Positions 30,306 to 38,767 of a stretch of DNA of 64,000 bases are shown here, piece after piece. Under the pieces are notes generated by a model, which was not told the DNA's origin, made no database searches, and saw only the letters and a list, made by a program, of their open reading frames with translations. Every line of letters starts with the position of its first letter. Position 1 is the stretch's first letter. The translations under genes and the position numbers were made by a program. Where the stretch lies: positions 124,001 to 188,000 of the IMG/VR virus record IMGVR_UViG_3300042558_004148; one strand, given 5' to 3'.

Positions 30306-31766
30306 ATGTTATTAAATAAGAAGGTATTAAATTTCGTTTCTTTCTTGAATGAATCAAAGACTGACGGAATAAAGGTTATAGTTCTTACTGGGAATGTAAA
30401 GGGTAGTAAAACATCTGAATCATTCAAGGAAGAATGTGAAAAAATGGGAGCTGAATGTCACGTTGTTGATGTGAACGAAGCTGTATTGGAAGCCGTGTAT
30501 AACGGACATCTTATAAAGATGGACGGAGAACAGATTCTGATAGATCCAAATTCGACTGTGATTGTTCCGCGAAGAGGTGTATTGGAAAATTCACACACTA
30601 AGCAAATATTGCTATCTTTGGAGGAAGCAAGGTATTTTACAGTAAATAGCTTGGAATCGATGGAGGTTTGCGAAAATAAATTCATTACATCGAAGATAAT
30701 GGAAGAGCATGGATTACCTGTTCCTAAATATGCTCTAGTACCCAACGAGGATGCACTTGATAGAGCACTTGAAGAGATTGGTGGTAAATTCCCGGTTATA
30801 ATGAAATTATTATCAGGAACACAAGGAATCGGAGTTTCTATAGTTGATTCCTATGCATCTTTAAAATCTGTATATCAAACAATCAGAAAACTTGATGATA
30901 CAAATGAGATATTGATACAGGAGAAAATTGATTCAAAATCTGATTTAAGAATTCAGGTAATAACCAAAAAAATAGATCCACTAAATCCAACTAAAGACAA
31001 TTGTATTATACTGGGATCTATGAAAAGGGATGCTGTTGATAAGGACTTTAGAACTAATTACTCTTTAGGTGGAAGCGTTTCTAAATACGAAATAGACGAT
31101 GAACTAGTAGATATCGCATGCAGAGCAGCTAATGCAGTAGGATGTCATTGGTGTGGAGTTGATATTATGATTGATAGTAAGACTAAAAAGCCTTACATTC
31201 TGGAAGTTAATTCATCCCCCGGTACTGAGGGTATATCTAAAGCTATAGGTAAACCGATTGTGGAGGATGTTCTTGATTATATACTAAACAAAGACAACTG
31301 GTCACAATCTGACCTTGAAATAGGATATCTCGAAACATTAACAGTTCCTGGAATTGGTAGAATGGTTGCTAAGTTTGATACTGGTAACGGTGCTAGATCT
31401 TGCACATTACATGCAGACGAAGTAGAAGAGCTGGATGGAAAATTAGTTTGGCAGGTTGGTAAGAAAAAATTTGTCAATGAAATAATTGAATATTCGGATG
31501 CTGAAGTTGGTAGGGACGTACACACAAGACCAGTTATAGAAATTGATTTAGTTTTTAATAATGTAACTGTACCTAAAGTAAAGGTATCTCCCGTTGATAG
31601 AACAGAGAAGAGCACACCGTTTTTAGCAAATAGAGCATTTATGAGAAAACTTGGATTAGTAGTTAATCCAGATAAAGCTTTCGTAGTAAGTGGTGAGCTA
31701 GAAGATAAATATAGTGCAGGATCATCTAAGGGTGAAGCCCATGCAGGAATAGAATTTGAAAAATAA
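30306..31766 (+). CDS. RimK-family ATP-grasp ligase fused to a RimB-like retropepsin protease
   Basis: ENKF, FPVIMK..GTQGIGV, IQE.I, DFRTNYSLGG, GVDIM, LEVNSSPG; C-terminal AKFDTGN...S..LHA...RPVI...DR....PFL.NR; N-terminus KVLNFVSFLNES; GATATATA at 30272. Confidence 0.88.
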   Translation: MLLNKKVLNFVSFLNESKTDGIKVIVLTGNVKGSKTSESFKEECEKMGAECHVVDVNEAVLEAVYNGHLIKMDGEQILIDPNSTVIVPRRGVLENSHTKQILLSLEEARYFTVNSLESMEVCENKFITSKIMEEHGLPVPKYALVPNEDALDRALEEIGGKFPVIMKLLSGTQGIGVSIVDSYASLKSVYQTIRKLDDTNEILIQEKIDSKSDLRIQVITKKIDPLNPTKDNCIILGSMKRDAVDKDFRTNYSLGGSVSKYEIDDELVDIACRAANAVGCHWCGVDIMIDSKTKKPYILEVNSSPGTEGISKAIGKPIVEDVLDYILNKDNWSQSDLEIGYLETLTVPGIGRMVAKFDTGNGARSCTLHADEVEELDGKLVWQVGKKKFVNEIIEYSDAEVGRDVHTRPVIEIDLVFNNVTVPKVKVSPVDRTEKSTPFLANRAFMRKLGLVVNPDKAFVVSGELEDKYSAGSSKGEAHAGIEFEK

Positions 31767-31776
31767 TATAATATAA

Positions 31777-32004
31777 ATGGAAAATTTAAAAGAGTTTGGT
31801 AGTGTTGATATACAACCTATGCACGAGTCTTCTCAGGACGAAAAAACTGAAAAAATACAGGTACTTCTTTCCAAAGAGGATCTAACCGATTTAAGTAGAA
31901 AAATCTCGAAAGAAGCATTGGCAAAAGGTGAAGCACCTGTATCAATTTCTCATTATGTAAGAATACTTATTAGAAGAAATCTTGGTAAAACTACCTCTGA
32001 TTAA
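31777..32004 (+). CDS. ribbon-helix-helix-like small protein
   Basis: KIQVLLS...L......VSISHYVRILIRR pattern. Confidence 0.45.
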   Translation: MENLKEFGSVDIQPMHESSQDEKTEKIQVLLSKEDLTDLSRKISKEALAKGEAPVSISHYVRILIRRNLGKTTSD

Positions 32005-32342
32005 TTTCTAAAGAAATCCTCAAATGATAATACTCTATTCGAATCAACGGATGGAGTATTTTTTTGATCATCGGAATCATCTTCTGTGTCTTCTTCAGAA
32101 TCATCAGATGTAAAATCTGAATCCTCTTCGGAAGAATCATATGATTCCTCATCGTTCGAGGTATAATCAGAATCATCATCAGATGTAACTTCAGCCTCTT
32201 CGTTATCTTCTAAAGGATCTGTGTCATCAAATGATTCTTCGTTGTCCCATGAGCCAGCGCCATCTAATTGGCCTTCCTCTTGGTTTAATCTGTTCTCTGT
32301 TTCCTGCGATTCAGATTCTTGTGGATTAAATTCTGTTTCCAT
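32001..32342 (-). CDS. highly acidic low-complexity protein with C-terminal VLSFEDF motif
   Basis: D/E/S rich; GATATATA on the minus strand at 32367-32374. Confidence 0.6.
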   Translation of the reverse strand: METEFNPQESESQETENRLNQEEGQLDGAGSWDNEESFDDTDPLEDNEEAEVTSDDDSDYTSNDEESYDSSEEDSDFTSDDSEEDTEDDSDDQKNTPSVDSNRVLSFEDFFRN

Positions 32343-32376
32343 TTTTAAATTTTAAAATTAGTTAAATATATATCAC

Positions 32377-32697
32377 ATGAAAAAAATACTAGAATTTGAA
32401 GATTTTTTAGAGAATGATCTTGAATTAGACGAAGCTCAGAAAGCAATGCTTAGAGATTGGATCACTAAATATGAGAAATACTTTAATTTCCATGATAGTG
32501 GTAGTTTTATCGATTCCATAGACGATATAACTAATGATGCAATAGCACAATTAGGCATAGATAAGAGTAAGCATGATGCTGTCCAGAGTTACCTTGAAAG
32601 CCTATATGATCTCTCCGATGGCATATCAGTTATAATGGCTCCCGGAATAGAATTTCAATATACGAACATAGACCAGGTTCAGAGATTCCAATATTAA
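32377..32697 (+). CDS. hypothetical protein with capsid-targeting-like N-terminus
   Basis: MKKILEFEDFLE; AATATATA at 32365. Confidence 0.6.
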   Translation: MKKILEFEDFLENDLELDEAQKAMLRDWITKYEKYFNFHDSGSFIDSIDDITNDAIAQLGIDKSKHDAVQSYLESLYDLSDGISVIMAPGIEFQYTNIDQVQRFQY

Positions 32698-32753
32698 TTA
32701 TATTTTTATTGAAATAATTGCATTTTTTTATGTATAATTATTAAATATTTTTA

Positions 32754-33674
32754 ATGAATAAAATTGAGGCAGTGTATGTGGATTGGCATGCACCCAGAAA
32801 ATTCAGAGGAGCATCTTCACCGGTTAAAAAACCATGGGAGATTGCATTAATAATTAGAAGTACATATTTTGCTAGGGAAGCAAATTCCTGGTCTCCTGTT
32901 TTATATTGTGACGAAATAACATATGCGTATTACGATAAGATAGGACTTCTTGACCACTTCGATAAAGTTTATCCGATATTACCTCTTACTGATATAGGTT
33001 TCGATCCGAATATATTTTGGGCTGGTGCTAAATTTATAGCAATGAAAAATTGCGATTCGCCGTTTGTAATGATGGATTTGGATGCAGAAATTCGTTTTGA
33101 AGTAGATCTTTCCGCTTATGATGCATTTTTCACACATTATGAGGGTATTATTCCCGGAGATATTAAATTTTATCCGGATCCTGAATATCTTGATACTGAT
33201 GGATTTTTTAAAGAAAGATATTCTTTTGAATGGGGTGAAAAAGCTTTCAATACATGTATTTTCCATATTAAGGATCTTATATTAGCAAAGGAATACGCAA
33301 ATGCAGCTCTAGATTTTATGTATGGTGTTAGCTCAGTTAATCCAGCATTTGAAAAAGTACCGTATATACTTTTAGCTGAACAGAGATTCGTGTATGAATT
33401 CTGTAAAATAAAGAATTTGAAAGTCGGTACTCTAATAAAAGGAGAGTATATACCAACCAACTATATGCACGGAGTTGATTCCTTCATTAATTCAGATTTA
33501 GCTGAGATTGGCGAGAAAGGATTTTTGCATGTTTGGGGATATAAAAGCAATCTAAATGGTAACGATGAGGAAGCGGAAAGCTTTTTTGGTAATCTTATTT
33601 CGACAGCACCTCAACTAAGTAAGCATATAGTTAATTCGGTTTCTCTAAATACTGAATTAACTTTGGATAAATAG
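32754..33674 (+). CDS. putative GT-A fold sugar transferase (DUF6734-like)
   Basis: LYCD, FWAGAK, PFVMMDLD (DxD), FNTCI, LAEQ, HVWG. Confidence 0.5.
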   Translation: MNKIEAVYVDWHAPRKFRGASSPVKKPWEIALIIRSTYFAREANSWSPVLYCDEITYAYYDKIGLLDHFDKVYPILPLTDIGFDPNIFWAGAKFIAMKNCDSPFVMMDLDAEIRFEVDLSAYDAFFTHYEGIIPGDIKFYPDPEYLDTDGFFKERYSFEWGEKAFNTCIFHIKDLILAKEYANAALDFMYGVSSVNPAFEKVPYILLAEQRFVYEFCKIKNLKVGTLIKGEYIPTNYMHGVDSFINSDLAEIGEKGFLHVWGYKSNLNGNDEEAESFFGNLISTAPQLSKHIVNSVSLNTELTLDK

Positions 33675-33761
33675 TTAACTTCCAATCAAACAATATTCGC
33701 AATAAATATTTATTTTTGTGAAGTGAAACATTTAGAGATTCAAGTACTTTAAATAATATAT

Positions 33762-34218
33762 GGGGCTGACCAGGTATTGATTGGCAGCATTAGTTCTTTG
33801 AGACGCAGGCAGAGTTAGTATCGGAAACTCTTTAATAACCTATACAAAGCTTTAAACGGCAAAACAAATGTTTGGGAAGCGATCAACTCGTTTGGTGCTC
33901 CCGTATCTCAAGTTGAGTTCGCAGTAGCGGCTTAATTGTCGGGTCTCAGTTACCTAGGAACAGAAATCTGAAAGCGGGAAAAAGGGTTAATAGTACCACA
34001 AATCGATGAGCATCAGTAACCCTGAGCGAAAGCGACAGTCCACGGAGAAATCTAAGGAGCGCTGTTAATGTGATTCAAATGGAAGATTAGTTCACGATAA
34101 ACCGAACCATTTAATAAGGGAATCGTAAATTTTGTTTATTTAGAAAAATAAACTAAGCCTGTGAATGAGTCCTTAGGGTTAACTGAGCAAGACTAGGGTT
34201 CGATTCCCTACAGCTCCA
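33762..34218 (+). ncRNA. ssrA: tmRNA (about 457 nt), CCA not encoded
   Basis: GGGGCTG/CAGCTCC-A Ala acceptor stem with G3:U; T-arm TAGGG-TTCGATT-CCCTA; internal tag ORF 33858-33935 GKTNVWEAINSFGAPVSQVEFAVAA*. Confidence 0.93.
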
Positions 34219-34230
34219 CTGACGCGATTT

Positions 34231-34269
34231 TGTACTTTAGTTTGGATATATAATCTAAACTAAAGTATA
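34231..34269 (+). promoter_or_regulatory. hairpin with GATATATA promoter at its apex, upstream of the homing endonuclease
   Basis: TGTACTTTAGTTTGGA / TCTAAACTAAAGTATA 16-bp stem; GATATATA at 34245-34252; ATG at 34273. Confidence 0.7.
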
Positions 34270-34272
34270 GAA

Positions 34273-35115
34273 ATGGCAAGAAAGGAACATAAATACCACT
34301 ACATCTACAAAATAACTTGCACCAGAACCAAAAGATATTATATTGGAATGCACTCAACCGATAAACTAAATGATGGTTATATGGGCGGAGGAAAAAGAAT
34401 AAGAAATTCGATAAGAAGACATGGCAAGGAAGCACACACTAAGGAGATTTTGGAATATTTCAATGACAGGGAATCATTAAGAAACAGAGAGATTGTATTA
34501 GTTAATGAAGATCTATTGAATGATCCGATGTGTATGAATTTACAACCAGGAGGTGGAGGAGGAATAATAAACGAAAAACATCTGAAGGATTTTTGCCAGG
34601 CTGGAAATAAAGCATTCGTCGAGAAATTAAAGGATGATGTCTATATGAATAGATTCATCGAGTGTACAAAAGAGGGAAGAAAAAAGGCAGTTGCTAAAGC
34701 CAAAGAACTCTATGAAAATGGTACATACAGACTGGACACTTTTAAAGACCGAACGCATACACCCGAAACGATTTTAAAAATGAAGGAAGCAAAGAAATTT
34801 CATGGATCCGGTGATAAAAATTCCCAGTTTGGAAAAAAATGGATAAAAAATTCAGAAACTATGGAATGCATAAAGATAGATGCATCCGAATATGAAAATT
34901 ATATAGTTCTGGGATGGGAAAGCGGGAGATTCCCAAGTTCAGCTGGATTAACTGTTAAATTAACAGAATCCCAGATTAGCGAAATAAAAACTATGCTATC
35001 CGATAATATTATGGTATCTGAAATAGCTAAGAATTTCCAAACATCGGTAACAACGATCAGAAAAATAAAACGTGGAGATACTTGGAGACATGTTAATATA
35101 GAAGGGCTGGAATAA
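34273..35115 (+). CDS. free-standing GIY-YIG homing endonuclease (Seg-like, NUMOD3 + HTH)
   Basis: YIYKIT...YYIGMH, YMGGG, F..RTHTPETILKM NUMOD3-like, C-terminal HTH. Confidence 0.85.
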   Translation: MARKEHKYHYIYKITCTRTKRYYIGMHSTDKLNDGYMGGGKRIRNSIRRHGKEAHTKEILEYFNDRESLRNREIVLVNEDLLNDPMCMNLQPGGGGGIINEKHLKDFCQAGNKAFVEKLKDDVYMNRFIECTKEGRKKAVAKAKELYENGTYRLDTFKDRTHTPETILKMKEAKKFHGSGDKNSQFGKKWIKNSETMECIKIDASEYENYIVLGWESGRFPSSAGLTVKLTESQISEIKTMLSDNIMVSEIAKNFQTSVTTIRKIKRGDTWRHVNIEGLE

Positions 35116-35118
35116 TGT

Positions 35119-35146
35119 CCTATTTTCGATGAGAATAGGCTTTTTT
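35119..35146 (+). terminator. intrinsic terminator
   Basis: CCTATTTTC-gat-GAGAATAGG plus T6. Confidence 0.6.
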
Positions 35147-35195
35147 ATTGAAACTTTATTTTATAAAGATATATAATTTTAAAATAAATTTATAC

Positions 35196-35543
35196 ATGGA
35201 AAACATTATTATCTCAATCTTTGGAGTTATCTTATTATTTGTTATAGCTATTTTTGCTACAAATTGGAAAGAAAAGAAAGAAGATCAAAAAATTGATACC
35301 TCTATCAGAACTAAAAAAACATCATCTAATGTTAATTCATCTGGAGCAACTTCAGGATCGGGCGGAAAAGGTTATATCGGAACTATCGATAAGAACTCAG
35401 AAAAAGTAAAGCCGAAGAAAAAAACACCTAAAGCGAAGGCATCTAAACCTGAATTTCCGATCACTGACAATAAACCAAAACCAGGAGCTAAAAGAGGTAG
35501 AAAACCTAAAAAAGATAAAGGTAACGATCTATTATTAAGCTAA
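35196..35543 (+). CDS. membrane-anchored Lys/Pro-rich protein
   Basis: N-terminal TM helix, basic tail with KRGRKPK (AT-hook-like). Confidence 0.55.
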   Translation: MENIIISIFGVILLFVIAIFATNWKEKKEDQKIDTSIRTKKTSSNVNSSGATSGSGGKGYIGTIDKNSEKVKPKKKTPKAKASKPEFPITDNKPKPGAKRGRKPKKDKGNDLLLS

Positions 35544-35561
35544 TATAAATATACAGCATTC

Positions 35562-35594
35562 AAATCCCAATCTTCTCAGATTGGGATTTTTTTT
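35562..35594 (+). terminator. intrinsic terminator
   Basis: AAATCCCAATCT/AGATTGGGATTT plus T-run. Confidence 0.75.
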
Positions 35595-35601
35595 GATTTT
35601 A

Positions 35602-35633
35602 TTTTTTTGTCCCGTAATTTTTACTTAACTTTG
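35602..35633 (+). promoter_or_regulatory. Bacteroidota-type early promoter
   Basis: TTTTTTGTCCCG-N11-TAACTTTG. Confidence 0.65.
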
Positions 35634-35653
35634 TATAAATTAAAAAAAAAGAT

Positions 35654-36106
35654 ATGAACCTTAGAAGATTGAAGAAAAGAATGAGTCTAAATTTCGTTAG
35701 ATTCTCTAGAATAGCCACTGGGAGATCCTCGGAGATTAAGCATAGGAGAAGCAAGAACGAGAGAATGATTATCAGAATTGTTAGATCAGTCATTAATGTA
35801 CCCGATAGTAGGGTATATTATTCACCTAAGAGTTCTAGATTTTTTCTGCATACGAAGGATCGGAGATATATTATATCAATGGATTCAGAATCCATTAGGA
35901 TAACGAATCATCATTTCTTTTTCAATAGTGATCTTAGAAGCAGTGTTTCGGATGAGCTGATGGGTCTTGCATTTTCCAGAATCGAGGAGGATATGATAAA
36001 ACTGGAATCTGCATCTATCTTTAATGAGAACATATTTCTTAATGAGGTTTATTCATCGATTAAGGAAAATAGTGAGATAATGGTCGGAATGCCGGTAGAA
36101 GAATAA
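35654..36106 (+). CDS. hypothetical protein
   Basis: ORF downstream of promoter. Confidence 0.55.
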   Translation: MNLRRLKKRMSLNFVRFSRIATGRSSEIKHRRSKNERMIIRIVRSVINVPDSRVYYSPKSSRFFLHTKDRRYIISMDSESIRITNHHFFFNSDLRSSVSDELMGLAFSRIEEDMIKLESASIFNENIFLNEVYSSIKENSEIMVGMPVEE

Positions 36107-36122
36107 AAATAAAAAGCAGTGA

Positions 36123-36500
36123 ATGAGAATAGCGGTAATAGCACACGATAACAAGAAGGCAGATATGGTTGCATTCGTAATGAAGCGACTGGATTTCTTT
36201 TCAAAAATTGAAATTGTAGCAACTGGAACTACAGGAACACACATAGAACATGCGGGTTTAGATGTAGATCTAAAAAAATCAGGACCTCAAGGAGGTGATG
36301 CACAAATTGCAGCTGAACTTGTGGAGGGAAAGATCGATATGATATTATTTTTCATAGATCCATTAACATCCCATGCACATGAAGTTGACGTACAAATGTT
36401 ATTAAGATTGTGTAATGTGTATAATATACCGATTGCTACAAACTACTCCACTGCTGATCTTCTAATAAGATCAATCAAAAATAACAAATCGCAGGAATGA
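36123..36500 (+). CDS. mgsA: methylglyoxal synthase
   Basis: IAVIAHDNKK, ATGTTG, SGPQGGDAQI, DPL...HEVDV..LLR.C.V.NIPIATN. Confidence 0.93.
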   Translation: MRIAVIAHDNKKADMVAFVMKRLDFFSKIEIVATGTTGTHIEHAGLDVDLKKSGPQGGDAQIAAELVEGKIDMILFFIDPLTSHAHEVDVQMLLRLCNVYNIPIATNYSTADLLIRSIKNNKSQE

Positions 36501-37153
36501 GAATAATTTTTATATCAGATACACACACCCAACATCATGAGCTCGATTCACACTTGGACTCATTATATTTGGAGGACAATAACAGCATACTAGTACACTG
36601 TGGTGATATCTCATCAAGAGGTAGAGGATATGAAGTTGAGGATTTTTTTATCTGGTATGATTCATTACCTTTTAAAAATAAGATAATGATCGCGGGTAAC
36701 CATGATTTTCTTTTTGAGAAAAATCCAGATGCAGCCAAAAATCTACTGGATGAATACGGAAAATCAATAATTTACTTGGAGGACAGTGGTGTAGAAATAG
36801 AAGGCGTTAAATTCTGGGGAAGCCCAGTAACCCCTTGGTTTTATGACTGGGCATTTAATAGAAGAGAGGATATACAGAATCATTGGGATCTTATACCTGA
36901 AGACACAAACGTTCTAATAACTCATGGCCCACCATTCGGTATTCTCGATGTTACATATAGGGAGAGAATGCATGTTGGCTGCCCATTATTGAGAAGCAAA
37001 ATAGAAACTCTGAAAGACCTTAAAATTAGCGCTTTTGGGCATATACACGAGGCTTTCGGTACTGATAATATAAATGATGTTCATTATGTTAATGCGAGCT
37101 TTGTAACGCTTAGATATGACCCGTTAAACCATCCCATCGTAATAGATTTATAA
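36497..37153 (+). CDS. calcineurin-like metallophosphoesterase
   Basis: SDTH, HCGD, AGNHD, THGPP, FGHIHE. Confidence 0.9.
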   Translation: MRIIFISDTHTQHHELDSHLDSLYLEDNNSILVHCGDISSRGRGYEVEDFFIWYDSLPFKNKIMIAGNHDFLFEKNPDAAKNLLDEYGKSIIYLEDSGVEIEGVKFWGSPVTPWFYDWAFNRREDIQNHWDLIPEDTNVLITHGPPFGILDVTYRERMHVGCPLLRSKIETLKDLKISAFGHIHEAFGTDNINDVHYVNASFVTLRYDPLNHPIVIDL

Positions 37154-37223
37154 AAATTACATTTTTTTTATTTGTTTATGAAATATAATCAACCAAATGT
37201 GATAGAATTAATAAACCAAATAA

Positions 37224-38003
37224 ATGAAGACTTTTTATAAACCCTCGGTAGCAATCAAATGGACTAAGGACCGATTGAAAGATTATGGCTACACAGTAAA
37301 AACAGAGAAATGGCAAGGTATAGATTCGCCAGATGATATGTGGGAGGTGATGAATCACTCTTTCCAATTTTTTATACCTCATACTCTGGAAGAACTTGTA
37401 AGCGAGGTTAAACCGAATCTTCCCTGGGCAGATGACCATTTCAGGGAAAGAGTAGGTGGTCTTCCGTTAAATCCTCCACCCTCTCATGAATGGTGGCCCT
37501 TTTCTCAGAAGAATAATGAACAGTTCGGCGGAAACACACAATTTTCTCATACGTATCCTGAAAGAATATGGCCGAAAAATTCTGGGCCAGACGGGGATTC
37601 AGTACATTTGGAGGGTATCAGATTTAAGTATGGCGATCTTGGTGACGTTGTTAATCTATTGGAAAAAGAACCTTATACTAGACAAGCATTCTTACCGATT
37701 TGGTTCCCTGAAGATACCGGAACCGTACATGGGGAAAGGGTACCATGCACCATAGGATATCAATTTATGAGGAGAGGGGATCATTTCCATATGGTTTATT
37801 ATATAAGATCCTGTGATTATATTAGGCATTTTAGAGACGACGTTTATATGGCTTGCAGAAAGCTTATGTGGATTCTTGATATATTGAAGGAAAGAAATCC
37901 TGATCTGTGGGGAAATGTTACACCCGGATATTTCGCCATGCACATAACTTCCCTGCATTGTTTTAATAGCGAGAAGACAGTTTTAAAAATGAATAATAAA
38001 TAA
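37224..38003 (+). CDS. divergent thymidylate-synthase-family enzyme with dCMP-type Asp (putative cytosine nucleotide modifier)
   Basis: TYPER, TRQA, catalytic VPC, RSCDYIRHFRDD (Asp where ThyA has Asn), SLHCF. Confidence 0.75.
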   Translation: MKTFYKPSVAIKWTKDRLKDYGYTVKTEKWQGIDSPDDMWEVMNHSFQFFIPHTLEELVSEVKPNLPWADDHFRERVGGLPLNPPPSHEWWPFSQKNNEQFGGNTQFSHTYPERIWPKNSGPDGDSVHLEGIRFKYGDLGDVVNLLEKEPYTRQAFLPIWFPEDTGTVHGERVPCTIGYQFMRRGDHFHMVYYIRSCDYIRHFRDDVYMACRKLMWILDILKERNPDLWGNVTPGYFAMHITSLHCFNSEKTVLKMNNK

Positions 38004-38004
38004 T

Positions 38005-38163
38005 ATGGAAAAGTGTATAAAAGATTGCTTAAGAGCTATAGAAAAAACCTATCCAAATAATTATGAGTATGGAAGTAAAATGAGAATTTTTATGGATTAC
38101 ATAAAGGAGGAAAGAACAGAAGAAGAAATTTTAATTTTTACCGAAACACTTAATAAAAAATAG
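38005..38163 (+). CDS. small hypothetical protein
   Basis: 52-aa ORF fills the gap exactly; not in the track. Confidence 0.45.
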   Translation: MEKCIKDCLRAIEKTYPNNYEYGSKMRIFMDYIKEERTEEEILIFTETLNKK

Positions 38164-38166
38164 ATT

Positions 38167-38457
38167 ATGAGTCAAGAAATGAACCCATCAAAAGCATACT
38201 TTAAGCTAATTAAAGAACCTACGGAATCGATGGCTGAATATTACGTTAAGATGTTTAGAAGAAATCAGATGAAGTTTATAAGAAGATCAAGTTTAGATGT
38301 TGATCACTTAGGATCCGAATTTTCATACGAAGGTCTTAATCTAAAAATTCTTGGTGCATCTGATACTAGCACCATGGTGGTTAAGGATATAGATAATGAT
38401 AAATACTATCTTATACACTCCGACATAGTTACCAATTCAATCTTAATAAACAATTAG
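38167..38457 (+). CDS. hypothetical protein
   Basis: Packed ORF. Confidence 0.5.
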   Translation: MSQEMNPSKAYFKLIKEPTESMAEYYVKMFRRNQMKFIRRSSLDVDHLGSEFSYEGLNLKILGASDTSTMVVKDIDNDKYYLIHSDIVTNSILINN

Positions 38458-38460
38458 GCC

Positions 38461-38682
38461 TTGATTGAATATATTATAAAGACTGATAATCCTGAGATTC
38501 ACATACAGGTATGTGAAATAATATCCATAATGGGTGTTACAATAATCGATGATAAATTCGGCGAATCTGAGGATGGATTTTATGGTTATTTTAGATTGAA
38601 CGGTAACGAGGATTCATTTGAGATACTTTCAGAATTTCCAAATGTTGTCCTGGAGCTTCCAAAGGATAAAATACTGAGATAA
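38461..38682 (+). CDS. hypothetical protein
   Basis: TTG-start ORF in operon. Confidence 0.45.
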   Translation: MIEYIIKTDNPEIHIQVCEIISIMGVTIIDDKFGESEDGFYGYFRLNGNEDSFEILSEFPNVVLELPKDKILR

Positions 38683-38767
38683 AATAATATATCAACTTTA
38701 TTTAGATCACTTCTTCATATCCGACATGATATATAGTTAGGATATTCTTTTGATTGGGCAAAACCAA

